From Blastocystis sp. Blastoise (Eukaryota; Protista; Bigyra: Opalinata): 64,000 nt of DNA. How positions within the stretch are numbered: the stretch's first letter is position 1; every line of letters starts with the position of its first letter. A program made the translations under genes and the position numbers. The notes under the pieces were generated by a model that searched no databases, was not told where the DNA came from, and saw only the letters and a list, made by a program, of their open reading frames with translations. Where the stretch lies: contig JBBPEB010000027.1 in NCBI GenBank assembly GCA_039096225.1, positions 620,001 through 684,000 on the forward strand, given 5' to 3'. Below, one piece after another: positions 28,304 through 47,708 of this stretch.

Positions 28304-30117
28304 ATGTTTGCTACTCGTCTTGGTAAAGTTGCTACTATTGCTAGGTATGCTTCCTTTATGTTATTTTATTTAATTGAAATCATAGACCTGCCGCTGCTTT
28401 TGTTCGTAATATCGAAACCACTGGTGCCGCTCTTGGTATCAACAAGGCTCTCGGTATGAACTTTGGTAAGGTCCACAGAAATCTTAATTATGGTATGTAT
28501 TTATCAAATAATATGATTTTATTTTTTTTACTATTTTCAAATGATCATCAAAAATTATTGCCAAAACAATGAATGATTTATATTTTTATTTATATAGATG
28601 AAGTTCTTGAACACGAAGTCAAGAACAAGGAAGGTCAAATGACTGCTTTTGGTTGTTACACCGTTGATACTGGTGATTACACTGGTCGTTCTCCTCAAGA
28701 TAAATACTTCGTAAAACAAAAGCCCTCTGAAGATAATCTTTGGTGGAGTAAGATTCCTCCTAATAAGCCCGTTGATCCTAAGATCTTCGATGCTCTTTAT
28801 GAAGATGTCAAGACTTACATGAACGGAAAGGAAGTTTACGTCCTTGATGCTTATTGTGGTGCTTCTAAGACTACCTTCAAGAAGGTTCGTTTCATTACTG
28901 AATGGGCTTGGCAACATCACTTTGTCAAGAACATGTTCATTGTTCCTAAGACTGAAGAAGAAATTAAGAACTTCGTTCCTGATTTCACTGTCATTAACGC
29001 TTCTAAGGGTCTTGTCAACAAGAACTGGAAGGCTCAAGGTCTTAACTCTGAAGCTTTCGTTGGTTTCAATCTTGAACAAAAGGTTGCTATCATCATTGGT
29101 GCTTCCTATGGTGGTGAAATGAAGAAGGGTATCTTCTCTCTTATGAACTACTGGTTACCTCTTGAAGGTATTCTTTCTATGCATTGTTCTGCTAACCGTG
29201 GTCCTAAGGGTGATTCTGCTCTTTTCTTCGGTCTTTCTGGTACTGGTAAGACTACCCTTTCTGCTGATCCTAAGAGATTCTTATTAGGTGATGATGAACA
29301 TGGTTGGGATGATAACGGTATTTTCAATTATGAAGGTGGTTGTTATGCTAAGACCATCAATCTTTCTCAAAAGAACGAACCTGAAATTTATGGTGCTATT
29401 CGTAAGAACGCTCTTCTTGAAAACGTTTGGGTCAACCCTGATGGTACTGTAGATTTCTACAATAAGAGCAAGACTGAAAATGGACGTGTCTCTTATCCTC
29501 TTAATCACATCGCTAACCACGAACCTACTTCTTGTGCTGGTCATCCTAAGAATATCATCTTCTTAACTTGTGATGCTTATGGTGTTCTTCCTCCTGTATC
29601 TAAACTTTCTCCTGGTCAAGCTATGTATCATTATCTTTGTGGTTATACTGCTAAGGTTGCTGGTACTGAACGTGGTATTAAGGAACCTAAGGCTACCTTC
29701 TCTCCTTGTTTCGGTGGTGCTTTCTTACCCTTAAATCCTATTGTCTATGCTAAGCTTCTTGGTGAAAAGATGGAAAAGCACGGATCTCATGCTTTCTTAG
29801 TTAACACTGGTTGGACTGCTGGTGGTTATGGTGTTGGTCACAGAATGGATATTCCTGTTACTCGTAAGTGTATTGATGTTATTCTTGATGGTTCCATTAA
29901 CAACTGCAAATTTGTTCATGATGATTTATTCAACCTTGAAGTTCCTAGTAACATTCCTGGAATTGATTCTAATACTCTTATTCCTAAGAATGCTTGGAGT
30001 GATAAGGCTGCTTATGATGCTGCTGCTAAGGTTCTTGCTACCAAGTTCATTAAGAACTTCGAACAATACAAGGTTCCTAATCTTCCCGATTATTCCGTTT
30101 ATGGACCTAAACTTTAA
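28304..30117 (+). CDS. pckA: ATP-dependent phosphoenolpyruvate carboxykinase with N-terminal mitochondrial presequence, 3 exons
   Basis: [46 protein letters not shown]; leader [22 protein letters not shown]; strong codon bias. Confidence 0.97.
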
Positions 30118-30374
30118 ATTCTTCACATATGTATAAGTACATAATGTATTTTCTTTTCTCTTGTAGTGTTTTTTATTAACAACTTATTTTTTTTGCTTAT
30201 AAACTAAAAATTTGTTTTGTAAATAAAAAATCTTTAATTATTAAAGAAAGAACTAAAACACAACTAAAAAATTTTTTTTTATTTTGATAAATTTTTAATG
30301 TTTAGAAAAAATTAAAAAATATACTGAAAAGACATAAATAAACATTGTTTTTTTATAAATTAAAAAAAAATACT

Positions 30375-31288
30375 ATGTCTTCTCCTACAGTCTCTCCCAA
30401 ACCTCAATTGAAACGTATTTTAGATGAGGATGAATCTTCTAAGAAGAAGAAACAAGAAATAACGAAAAGATATCAAATCATTAAACGATTGTCAGAAGGA
30501 ACTTATGGTATGGTAGCAAAGGCATTAGATACAAATACAAATAACTTTGTAGCTTTAAAACAATTGAAGATGGAAAAAGAATCTCATGGTTTTCCAGTCA
30601 CTGCATTAAGAGAGATTAAAATATTACAAGGTCTTCAACATGAGAATGTAGTTCATCTTCAAGATACATTTAGCACACCCTCTAGTAATGATGATAAAAG
30701 TATACCTGACACTTATATGGTATTTGATTTTATATCTTTATGATTATTATAGTATTTGATTTTATATTTTTATATCTTTATGATTATTATGGTATTTAAT
30801 TTATATATTTTTTATTTTTATGATTATTATGGTATTTGATTTCATATTTCTATATATTTATGATTATTATGATATTTGATTTTATATCTTTATATATTTA
30901 TGATTCTAAATGAATATTCTATTGTTTTATAATATATATATATCAAAAGTATATTCTATATTTCTTTAATTCTTATTTTACGCTGATTACGATTTATTTT
31001 ATTTATTAAATAAAAAAATATCTTTTTCACTTGCTCAAAAGAAATATATATTTTTACAAGTATTAAAAGGCATGGCTTATTTGCATGAACATCATATTTT
31101 ACATAGAGATATTAAAGGTATATATATATTTATTATATTTTTATATTATTATATTTATTATATTTATTATATTATGATATTTATTATGTTTTATATTGTT
31201 ATATTGTTCATCTATATATAGCTAGTAATATATTAATTACGAAATCAGGAGAAATAAAAATAACTGATTTTGGTCTCTCCAGACCATT

Positions 31289-31337
<49 letters not shown>

Positions 31338-31556
31338 ACTTGTATTACTTTATTAATATTTGTTTTATTTTTTATATATTTTATATATATTTTGTATTTA
31401 GATTTATTTGCTATATATATATAATAGTATTCTATATAGTCAAAAACAGGTCCACATCTGTATACCCGTGATGTAATTACACGTAATTACAGGCCACTGG
31501 AATTATTCTTTAAAGAACAAATTTATAGTACTTCCGTCGACATGTGGAGTATGGGG

Positions 31557-31587
<31 letters not shown>

Positions 31588-32509
31588 AATCAATTTAAAT
31601 TCATTATTTAATAATTATATAAATATATAAAAATTATTTTTTGTTATTTATTTATGAAATATTGATATATATATATATATTATCATTTGATTTATTTATA
31701 CTTATTAGATTATTCTTTCTATACATATACATATATATATAATAGATGTTTATTTGGAGAGATTCTGCAGGGATCGGCCATGTTCCTAGGGAAGACAGAT
31801 CAGGAGGTAGTTACTAATATATACCAATTATGTGGCACAGATATCCATTTCTATTATATATATATATACTCTTTATTCTTATTTATATATATTCTCTACT
31901 TTTATATATATTGTACTAGTATTATCTACATACACTGTTTATTATTCATATTATATATACATTGGCTATCATAATTAAATAACTCTATTTTAAATATCTA
32001 TTCATATATATATATATATATTTCCATAATAAAATACTTCCAGAAAGTTCTATATTGAGTCAATTACCAGAGTATCGAATGTTTATTCCCAAAACTACAT
32101 ATATAAGGAAAATCAAAGAGAAATATCAACAGTATATATATATATATCTAAATAATTAAGAATTCTAAAATATATATATATCTAAATAATTAATAATTCT
32201 AATATATATATATATATATATATCTAAATAATTAAGAATTCTAAAATATATATATATTTAAAATTCTTTATGAACACATAGTTATGGATCTAATGCAGCA
32301 GATTTATTAGATAAATTATTAGCTCTTGATCCAAAACTTCGTATCAGTGCAAAAAGTGCTCTTGAACATCCATTCTTCTTCGATTCACCTAAACCAGAAC
32401 CTATCGATGTGTATATTATATTTAAATAACATTTATTTAAAAAAAATTATATTCATATATTCTAATTCTTCTATTCTTTAGAATCACACAGAAACTACCT
32501 GAAAGATAA
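30375..32509 (+). CDS. CDK9/12-like cyclin-dependent kinase (PVTALRE), 8 exons, two AT-AC introns
   Basis: EGTYGMV, GFPVTALREIKIL, MVFDF|ADYDL, HRDIK|ASNIL, DFGLSR, VITRNYRPLELF, DMWSMG, LLALDPKLRISA. Confidence 0.9.
30732..30981 (+). other. U12-type AT-AC intron
   Basis: 5' ATATCTTT, branch-like TTTCTTTAAT at 30961-30970, 3' TAC; restores MVFDF|ADYDL; no in-frame GT-AG solution found. Confidence 0.88.
31841..32037 (+). other. U12-type AT-AC intron
   Basis: 5' ATATCCAT, branch-like TTTCCATAAT at 32021-32030, 3' TAC; restores QLCGTVPESSILSQLPEY. Confidence 0.85.
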
Positions 32510-32810
32510 AAATAAAATTTGTCAATATTTTGTTAAACATTAACTTTCAGTAATTATTCTAAAATCTAGTATGACATTTGTTCGTGACTTTCACATTCTC
32601 TTTATGAATGTCAATTCATTTTTGTTTTATTTAAAAGAACATCAATATACCTTCATCATTAAATCTTATTTTCATCTCTAAATATTATCGTTGTCAATAT
32701 TATAAAAGAAACAAAGAATTTTGTTGGCTTATTTCAGAAAATTCCAGACGTTTTTGTATTTCTGGTTTATTTTTATGTTCACTATATTTTTGTGAAATTC
32801 TTATTTAACA

Positions 32811-36461
<3,651 letters not shown>

Positions 36462-37218
36462 TTATTCATTAATCTTGTTTTATTTTTTTTTCATGTTCTT
36501 TCTATCATCAATTTATACTTATTTGGTTATCACATGTGATTGTTTTATTTTTGATATTTTCCTATTGTTCTTGTCTTGTTAAATTCTGTTTGTATATATT
36601 TTTTTGTGATTTTTTATGTTTTTGTTTTATTATTAGGATCATTGAATAAATTAGAATTGTTATACGTGATTATAATAATGCATAGAATACACCAAGAGAG
36701 AAAAAAAATGATAATTTATTAAATAATTCTTTTTCTAAATCTATTCTTTCCATTATTTGCTTCAATACTTTCGTAATCACATTCTAATTATGCTATAAAT
36801 TCTTTTTATAATACTAAAAAGCAAGAAAACCATATTCAAATCAAAATCTTAATTCTCACGAATAAATCAAAATTAATTACTAAAAAATCAAATTTTACCA
36901 TCCATTGTTTCCATTTTAAAATATATATTTCTATGATAATTAAGCCTATTAAAGGTAAATGCGTAATTCATATGTTATATCATTCGCTGTAACATTATTT
37001 CTGGTTGCAGGATCGTGCTATCTTACATACAATTGTCAAAGTAACCATTTCATTATTCTAGTTTTCTTTTATTTACATATTTTTCGTCTTTAGAATATAG
37101 CAACAAATTCAAATCATCAAACATTATTGTTGACTCTGATATACATACTGTTTCTTCTTTTGGTTTTGGTAGTTTTATCAATGAACTTCAATTAAATATT
37201 CATGAAACGAACTCTTCT

Positions 37219-38613
37219 ATGCATAAAATGAACACTGCAATTAATGAAACTATAACAAGTATTAGCAACACTAATCAAACAAATAATCCCGTTGTTTCTC
37301 TTGCTTCAGACATTATTAAATCTCATAATTCAGAAATAATAATATCAAATAATTCGAATTCTACTATTCTTAACCCTTTAAAACTCGAAGTATTGAATCA
37401 TTCAAATCCAATTGTTTCTGTCCATTCAAATATCAGTGTTATAACTATTAGTAATAGAAATGCTCATCGTAAGGATCACCGTCAATCTGCGTCTCTTTTT
37501 TATTATCGTCATCGTAAGTTACCACAAAGAAACGTTTCAGCCTATAAACCGCCATCAATAGAAACTACATATCCATTATTTTATGGTGCATTATCATATG
37601 GATATTTGAATGGTACAATTCCTCCGTTATATCAGGAAATCGATATTGCTCAACCAGCTGACTTATACAAGGGTTTAGATATAAATTACATTCAATCTTA
37701 TCATTATCAATTGAGTAGTGAAGAGGATCCTTCTGTTCAAACGGATCAACCATATATTCATCGTTATTATGAATTTCCATCAACACGACATTTTTCATTT
37801 TATAGTTTCCCCAAATTTGAGAATCCAAAACATCCATTTGATGGTTATATGATGGTAGGATTTATAAAAACACATTGGAAACGAAATCAGAATCGAAATG
37901 TTATACGATCAACATATTTAGATTTTAATAAAGCTCCTATATTAAAAAATCGATTTAAATTATTTTTTGTAATTGCTTTAAGTTATGATAAGAGTCAAAT
38001 ACCTATATTATTAAAAGAGCAAGAAACATATAATGATTTAATCATATTAAATACAATTGATACTTATAATAATTTAACTCTAAAAACGTTAATGATGGAA
38101 GATTTATTTGTAGCTCTCAATTCAACAACACCTTATTATATGTCTATTGATGACGATGTTTGTGTTGATTTATATGCAATATATCGGTTTTTATCATCTA
38201 GAATACGTCGTAACTTATATATAGGAAGTATATTAAAAGAGATGCCGACAAAAACATTAAATACAAAACATTCAATTCCATTTTGTGTTTTACCAAAAAG
38301 AATTCGTTTTGCTTTTGGTCCTGCCTATATCATGTCACGTGACGTAGTGAATTGTCATGTGCAGTATATTCGAATGGTGAATGGTTTTTATCATGTGGAT
38401 GACGCGTTTGTTGGTTATTTATCGAAATTATGTGGTATTCAAGTACATTCCCTTGGGAATTGGATGGGACAGGGACAGAATATGGTAGGACATTCGAAAG
38501 AATTCGTGTCACGTGGATATTATGTTGCGAATGGGTTAGGAAGAGCCGATCATCTCAATGAAGTGTGTGCTTCTGTTTATACTCGAAAGGCTAGCTTGTC
38601 TTCTATCTCCTAA
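37219..38613 (+). CDS. GT31 beta-1,3-galactosyltransferase-like protein (5' end unresolved, probably starts near 36933)
   Basis: RNVIRSTY, EQETYNDLI..DTYNNLTLKT, SIDDDV, FAFGPAYIMSRD, VDDAFVG. Confidence 0.88.
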   Translation: MHKMNTAINETITSISNTNQTNNPVVSLASDIIKSHNSEIIISNNSNSTILNPLKLEVLNHSNPIVSVHSNISVITISNRNAHRKDHRQSASLFYYRHRKLPQRNVSAYKPPSIETTYPLFYGALSYGYLNGTIPPLYQEIDIAQPADLYKGLDINYIQSYHYQLSSEEDPSVQTDQPYIHRYYEFPSTRHFSFYSFPKFENPKHPFDGYMMVGFIKTHWKRNQNRNVIRSTYLDFNKAPILKNRFKLFFVIALSYDKSQIPILLKEQETYNDLIILNTIDTYNNLTLKTLMMEDLFVALNSTTPYYMSIDDDVCVDLYAIYRFLSSRIRRNLYIGSILKEMPTKTLNTKHSIPFCVLPKRIRFAFGPAYIMSRDVVNCHVQYIRMVNGFYHVDDAFVGYLSKLCGIQVHSLGNWMGQGQNMVGHSKEFVSRGYYVANGLGRADHLNEVCASVYTRKASLSSIS

Positions 38614-39709
38614 TTATATCGATTTATTTTCTATATGATTTGTAACAATATATATACTATTATATATACATTATTTTTTCCATTTTTCTTAAATAGCATA
38701 TTCTATAAGTGTGGATATATATATGTATATATTCTATTTTATATCAGAAACATTACTTTCTTTTATTGTTATGCATAATATATATGTTTATTGTACTACA
38801 TTTATCTATATATATACTTTTATAATTATAAATATAATTCTTATTTCTTTCTTAGTCTGTATTAAAATTTATATTATTTATATACTTTAGATTTCTCTCT
38901 TTTTCTATTTAATATATCAGTTTGCTGTTTATATTGTGTATCTATATTATCTTGAGTATATTTTCATATATATATATAGTAAATATATGTGTGCTTTATT
39001 GTATTTATCATGGAAAACAATTGTTTTTTTGTTAATAAATATAATATTTGCTGCATATTACACTTTGGTTTTCATTTTTTTTTGTTTTCTTTATTATATC
39101 TTGTTACAGTTGTTCTATACATTGTTATAGAGACATGTTCAAATGTTTTTCATTCTTTTCTTTGTTTCTTTGTTTTTTATTATAATTCTAGAAATATAAA
39201 CCATTTTAAAGTAATTAAGTAGATATATTTATTTACATTTTTATTTATCTTACTAAATACAGTATAGTTTAAACTATGCTTACTATACTACTTTTTATAT
39301 ATTAATACTAATATATAATTGAATTGATTATAGTGTATTGAACAACATTTTTATAGACCTAGAATTATTTTATCTACTATTTAAACAGTTTTTATATAAA
39401 TATTCTCTTAATCGTTTGTTCTAGTTAATTGAAGATAATTATTAGGTATGTGTTTCAAATTTAATTTTTGTCTGTTTCAATATGTAAGTATCATAATTAT
39501 TTATATTGTTTTTGATTAGACTATTCATTTATATAGAATACTTTTGAAGAATAATCACAGATAATTCTTATGTTCTATTACATATGTTGTTTATTATGCG
39601 AAAATAGAGAACAAAATTCAAATAATAATATGAAAGTTACAAGTGAAGATAATTGAATAATAATAATAATAATCAAGATATATATAATAATAGTATTAAT
39701 ATTTCATGA

Positions 39710-41044
39710 TTATATTCCTTCAATAGTATAGGATATATGCGTAACACCCTTCTTTACCTATATAAGAATAAACATTATACATATAATTAATATGATAAAT
39801 GTAATAAATATAATTAATATAATAAATATGATATATAAAATATGATAAATATGATAAATATAATAAATATAAAAATATAATAAATAATAAAAACAAGAAT
39901 ATATATTTACTTTAATTTTCTCGATGATTATGTGACCAATTTCTTTTGTAGTTCGTACATGTGTACCAGCACAAGGATAATCCACGTGACCTCCCACGTG
40001 TACAATTCTAGCTTTTTCACCTATTTAATAATAATTATTATTTTTATATTTGTTATTTAGATAGATAGAAATATAGGTTATAATAATAATAATAATAAAG
40101 AGAATAATATTAATATATATATATACCAGGGAGAAGATAGGATGTATCATGAGGAACATCTTTTGGATCTAAGTATTCAATAACCGTGGGAATGGCTTCT
40201 TCAACTAATTCATCACAAGTGTGCTATATTGAATATATAGAATTATCTGTAATATATATAATACTAATAATAAATATATAATAACACTAAGGATAATAGA
40301 CATAAAATAAACTTAATAATAAGAATATATACTTGTAATTTATGAATCACAGTATTTCTTTCTTCTGTAGGTATAACGCCAAGATATTCCACATAGCATT
40401 GACCTATAGCATGATTTCCCTTGGAAGGGGGAATATGATACCCTAATATATATATATATACATATAAATGACAATAGAAAAAAAATCAAAAAAGAAATCA
40501 TATTCATAATATAATTAATGTATAATAAAATATATATACCAATCTTCATCATTGCCTGATCTAAAAGATGACCGGCACTATGTAAACGTGTGTTTTTTAA
40601 TCGGAAACACTCATCAACTTCCATGTGAATCTTATCATTTACTTGAAACACATTATTCTCAAAAAACCCTTCATGAATAACCATATGCTTATTCTCATGA
40701 TGACTGCACGTATTTGTTACATGAAATATATCACTGCCACATTTCATTATACCTATATCTCCTGATTGACCACCACCCTATTTTAATAATATCTAAATAT
40801 TTAATTTATACAAAACATATACTTTGCAATAGAATAATGTTTCATCAAGAACAACGAAGTATTTTTTGCTTTCGCTTTCATCTTCAGCAGGTATTTTCTC
40901 TACATAAATGACAGTTGCATCTCCATTAAATAAATATTGATCTTCCAAATATATTTTCTTTGTTATTTGTTTGGATATATCAAATGGTTTCATAGTACAT
41001 GATTCATATACTTGATTTGGCTCGTTAATAATTTCTGATGTCAT
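39710..41044 (-). CDS. AlaX-type alanyl-tRNA editing protein, 6 exons
   Basis: LDETLFYCK|GGGQSGDIG, RLHSAGHLLD, YPCAGTHV (HxxxH/CxxxH zinc motif). Confidence 0.9.
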
Positions 41045-41245
41045 TTCGTATTGTAGAAAAATGAAATGAAATGAAAATGAAATGTTATAAGAAATGAATC
41101 AGCCAATAGAAAATTTGTGATTCAAAAATGGGTTTTAGGTCAATTTTAATTGATTTAGTAGCATAAACAAAATAAAAAACATATCTAATGATGTAAACAA
41201 ACAATGCATTTAGATAGGACAGATTTTTAATTTCTATATAAAAAT

Positions 41246-43961
<2,716 letters not shown>

Positions 43962-44581
43962 TGTTAACACAGTAAATAAATAAATAACTTCAATAAAGAA
44001 AGAAAGTCTTAAAAATTGCTTTCAAAGAGAAACACAGAGTTGTTAACAGAAAAAGAATACCCAGAAAGGAAATATTTTGATTTCTCTTTAAACTTTTGAA
44101 TAAAGGCATATTAAATAGATAAAATAAAAATAATGAGTCAGTGTGATCAGATCTGTCTTTAATTATTCAATATTAGTCTAATTTGACTAAAGTATTAAAA
44201 AGAAATTTTTAAAAAATACGAAACCTTTTTATTTTAGATAAGAGAATGCCATGAATAGATTTCTATTTACTTGTTAATAATAAAAAGCTATTCTATGAGA
44301 ATAGAACAACATACAAGTTGATGTCCAACTTAGTTTCTTCTTGAAAAGAACTTACAGTTGTACTTCTGTTCACTATGTTACATGATAAAAAGCATCATTA
44401 CTTTAAAAGAATTAATATGAAAAGTTATAAAAACAAATAAAAAACAATACATATATTTTTTGTATAAAAATTGAGAAATAGGGAGAAATGACAAGATAAT
44501 CGCGGGTGTTCGCTTCAAGTTATCATTTACAAAGATATTTGTTTTCAATATTGTTATTGTTAGAAAAGAGAGAAAAGGAAG

Positions 44582-45241
44582 ATGGAAGCTCATGGTATGA
44601 TAACAAACTTTATGGTGACCGATGTACACGGTGTTATTTTATTAGCAAAATATTACGATAATTCTGATGCTAAAAAGAGAGGCTTATGGGAGCATAAGTT
44701 ATTCCATCAAACTAAATGTGAATGGGGTTCAATTCGTCCCAATTACAAAGTTGATGAAGTTGTTGTAGCTACAAAAGGTATTTATACTACCTCTGCAGCT
44801 GGAGATTCTGAGGATGGATTCCATATAGCAATCATTGATGGAACAACTGTTGTCTTTCATAAAGTTAATGATATTGTTTGTTTCGTTTCTGGTAATGGCC
44901 AATTCTGTGAAACTTACTGTATGAATATTTGGATATTTATGTTCGTTTTAATATATTATATATTTTTTGATAATAATAATCATAATATATTATTTTTATA
45001 TATAGTATGTGATGTACTTCGTTTCTTAATAGATGTTATGCAAAGTCAATGTGTTAAGACTATGATTTCTGTTGTTGCCTTTAGAGACGCTGAATCTTTC
45101 GGTAAAATATTAACATGTATTGATGAAGTTATATATAAAGTATATAAATATTTATTATTATTATTTTGAAATATATATTTATTATTATTTTCTTTATTTA
45201 TTTTTAAAATAGTTAAATTATTATTATCTCTACTTCTTTTG

Positions 45242-45286
<45 letters not shown>

Positions 45287-45360
45287 CTCTTTTATAGGGT
45301 ATTATTGAACAATTAGATTTGGAAGTAATATTAAAGAGATTCAAGATGAAGAACTTCTAA
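44582..45360 (+). CDS. Longin-type adaptor small subunit, most like TSET sigma subunit TSPOON/LOLITA, 3 exons
   Basis: GVILLAKYY..RGLW..VVFHKVNDIVCFVSG..GKILTCIDEVIYK|GIIEQLD; sigma/zeta fold. Confidence 0.65.
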
Positions 45361-45578
45361 ATATCATTTTAATAAAGAATCTATTATAAGCAAATAGATT
45401 ATAAACTGTAATTTGAGTAATAAGTCTTAAACTATCAAATTTAGAATTCATAAAATTATATATATGTATGTAGAATATAAAAATTAAAACAAAAAGATTT
45501 GTAAGTATTAGTATGTATAACATTTTGTTTGTTATCTTCTTTTATTTATATAAAACTACTTCATCATTTAAGTGAATC

Positions 45579-45625
<47 letters not shown>

Positions 45626-45727
45626 TATAATTTTATGTGGATTATGTATAATAAAGAAACAAAAACAATCATAAAAATAATCAACACACATTATAATTCT
45701 TTCTTGATCAATTTATGAAAAAAAAAA

Positions 45728-46206
45728 TTATTCTTCCAAATAGGTTTTTAATTGTTCTATTGCATTTAATGCTGACAAATAATGTCCTTTAACGGTTTGT
45801 AATTCAATTCTTCTTTTGGAAACAATATCATTCACTTCATCAATTCTTTTTGTGACATATTTAAGTCCTTCTTCTAAAGTAAACTCTACCATAAAGCCTA
45901 ATCCAATTTCAATAAAGATATGTTTTTTATCTTTTGTTTCAGCTTGCACATAACATTCAGAACCAATATTCACTAACGACTTCAATGGTTCATCTTGTGA
46001 ATTAATCATAGATTCAATGTTTTGTTTTAATATTGAGAAGTCTTGTTGTGTTTTTAATATTTCTTCTAAATGGTTATTTGTCTCTTCATATTTTGGCTAT
46101 GTATAAAATTATAAATAAAAAAATAATTTATGAATACTTTCAATTTGTAGTAAATCATATCCTCAAACTCACGGATTTTTGCTTCTGTTATCTTTTGATC
46201 AACCAT
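45728..46206 (-). CDS. UXT: UXT / prefoldin alpha-type subunit, 2 exons
   Basis: KSLVNIGSECYVQAE..IFIEIGLGFMVEFTLEEG. Confidence 0.8.
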
Positions 46207-46732
46207 AAAGTATTTTAGAACTAAAAATAAAATAAAATCGGTTGAATAAAATGAAGTTGAAATGGATTTTCTTTTTGAATATAAATTTAATAAAAAGAAA
46301 CTTTGTTAATTTTAAATAAATTATTTAAAAATATGGAATGGTTGACTATATAGTATACGCAATTTTCTAGAGTATTCTATTTGAAATAGTCTTCAATGAC
46401 ACACTGATGATTCATAGTCGAATCGTTTTATTATTATTGTAAATATATAAATGATACAGGGTACATTATAATTTAAGAAAAGAAATAGGTAAATAATGCA
46501 AACAATGTTGTTATACTACTAGTAATCGTATTAGTATTCATATGAAGCAAGATATTAAATGATGGCAGAAGCGTAAGAAGCATAGAAATAAAATATAGAA
46601 AAATGGAAATTGAAAAACGAGAAAAAAGCGTGAATTAAAAAAATGCGTATAGAAAAATGAGAAAAAAGAAGATGAAAAATTAATAAAAGATGAGTATAAA
46701 TCAATCATAGGAAATCATTTACTATATATATT

Positions 46733-47677
46733 TTAAGTGCAATAAAGAGTAGGAAATATTCCTTTATAAGGATAATGATTGTGTTTTTGATCGGTAATAG
46801 AAAAATGGGGAAACTCGTATTTCCCTTTTTGAAGAATACGTAACGTCAGTCGATAGTCAAATGTATGCTATACATATATAAGTAATATATATATATGTTC
46901 TATAATGAATGATATATATATAGAATAGTATTCTATAGTTATAGAAAATATATAGTTATATATATATATATATATATATATATACTGATGGTTCTAATTG
47001 AGATATTTGAAATGATGAAGGTGATAAATGAATAAATTGTATCTATATACTTATAGTGAATGAATGAATAATATATTTATATACATTTTGATTATTATTT
47101 GATAAATCAAATCTATAGTATAATAAAGAATAGTGATGATATAAATATATATATATATATATACAATAAAGGAAGTAATGAATCAGTAGTATTATTTGTG
47201 ATATGAATATAACAATCGACATTCTTTTCCATGGGAATCTCTTCAGGGATATCTATATGTATAGACACCAGAGCAGGTGGAGATATATAATATTGAAGAT
47301 AGAAGGATTGATTAATATTGTTTTGACAGGAGGGCTGTCGTAAGTTGATTACTGTATATATATATAGATAACATCCTGTTTGACGAATCTCTTTGGAAAG
47401 TAAATCAATACTTGAAGAATCAATATAGATCTATAGAATATAAAATCAATATATATATATATATATACCATGTACGACAGTTTTTCTTTAGGTCCTATAG
47501 TCATTTTGGATTTGGGTATAATAGTTCGTATATCTATATAATTGAAATTAGAAGGAACTGTTGTTGGTGGAATCTATATATATTAATATATATATAAAAT
47601 AGCTATGAATAGTAAAATCTATTTATATATATACGTTCTCAATATATTGAATAATATCAGAATCAGGAGCTATAAAT

Positions 47678-47708
<31 letters not shown>

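Noticed and set aside
28555-30126. Antisense and alternative-frame ORFs over pckA (and similar alternative-frame ORFs over pepD)
   Set aside because: Shadow ORFs produced by strong codon bias
30718-30905. CRISPR-like repeat array
   Set aside because: Degenerate tandem units without unique spacers, in a eukaryotic intron, with no cas genes
36933-37218. Disrupted N-terminal anchor of the GT31 gene
   Set aside because: Several splice solutions are possible; cannot distinguish a pseudogene from unresolved small introns
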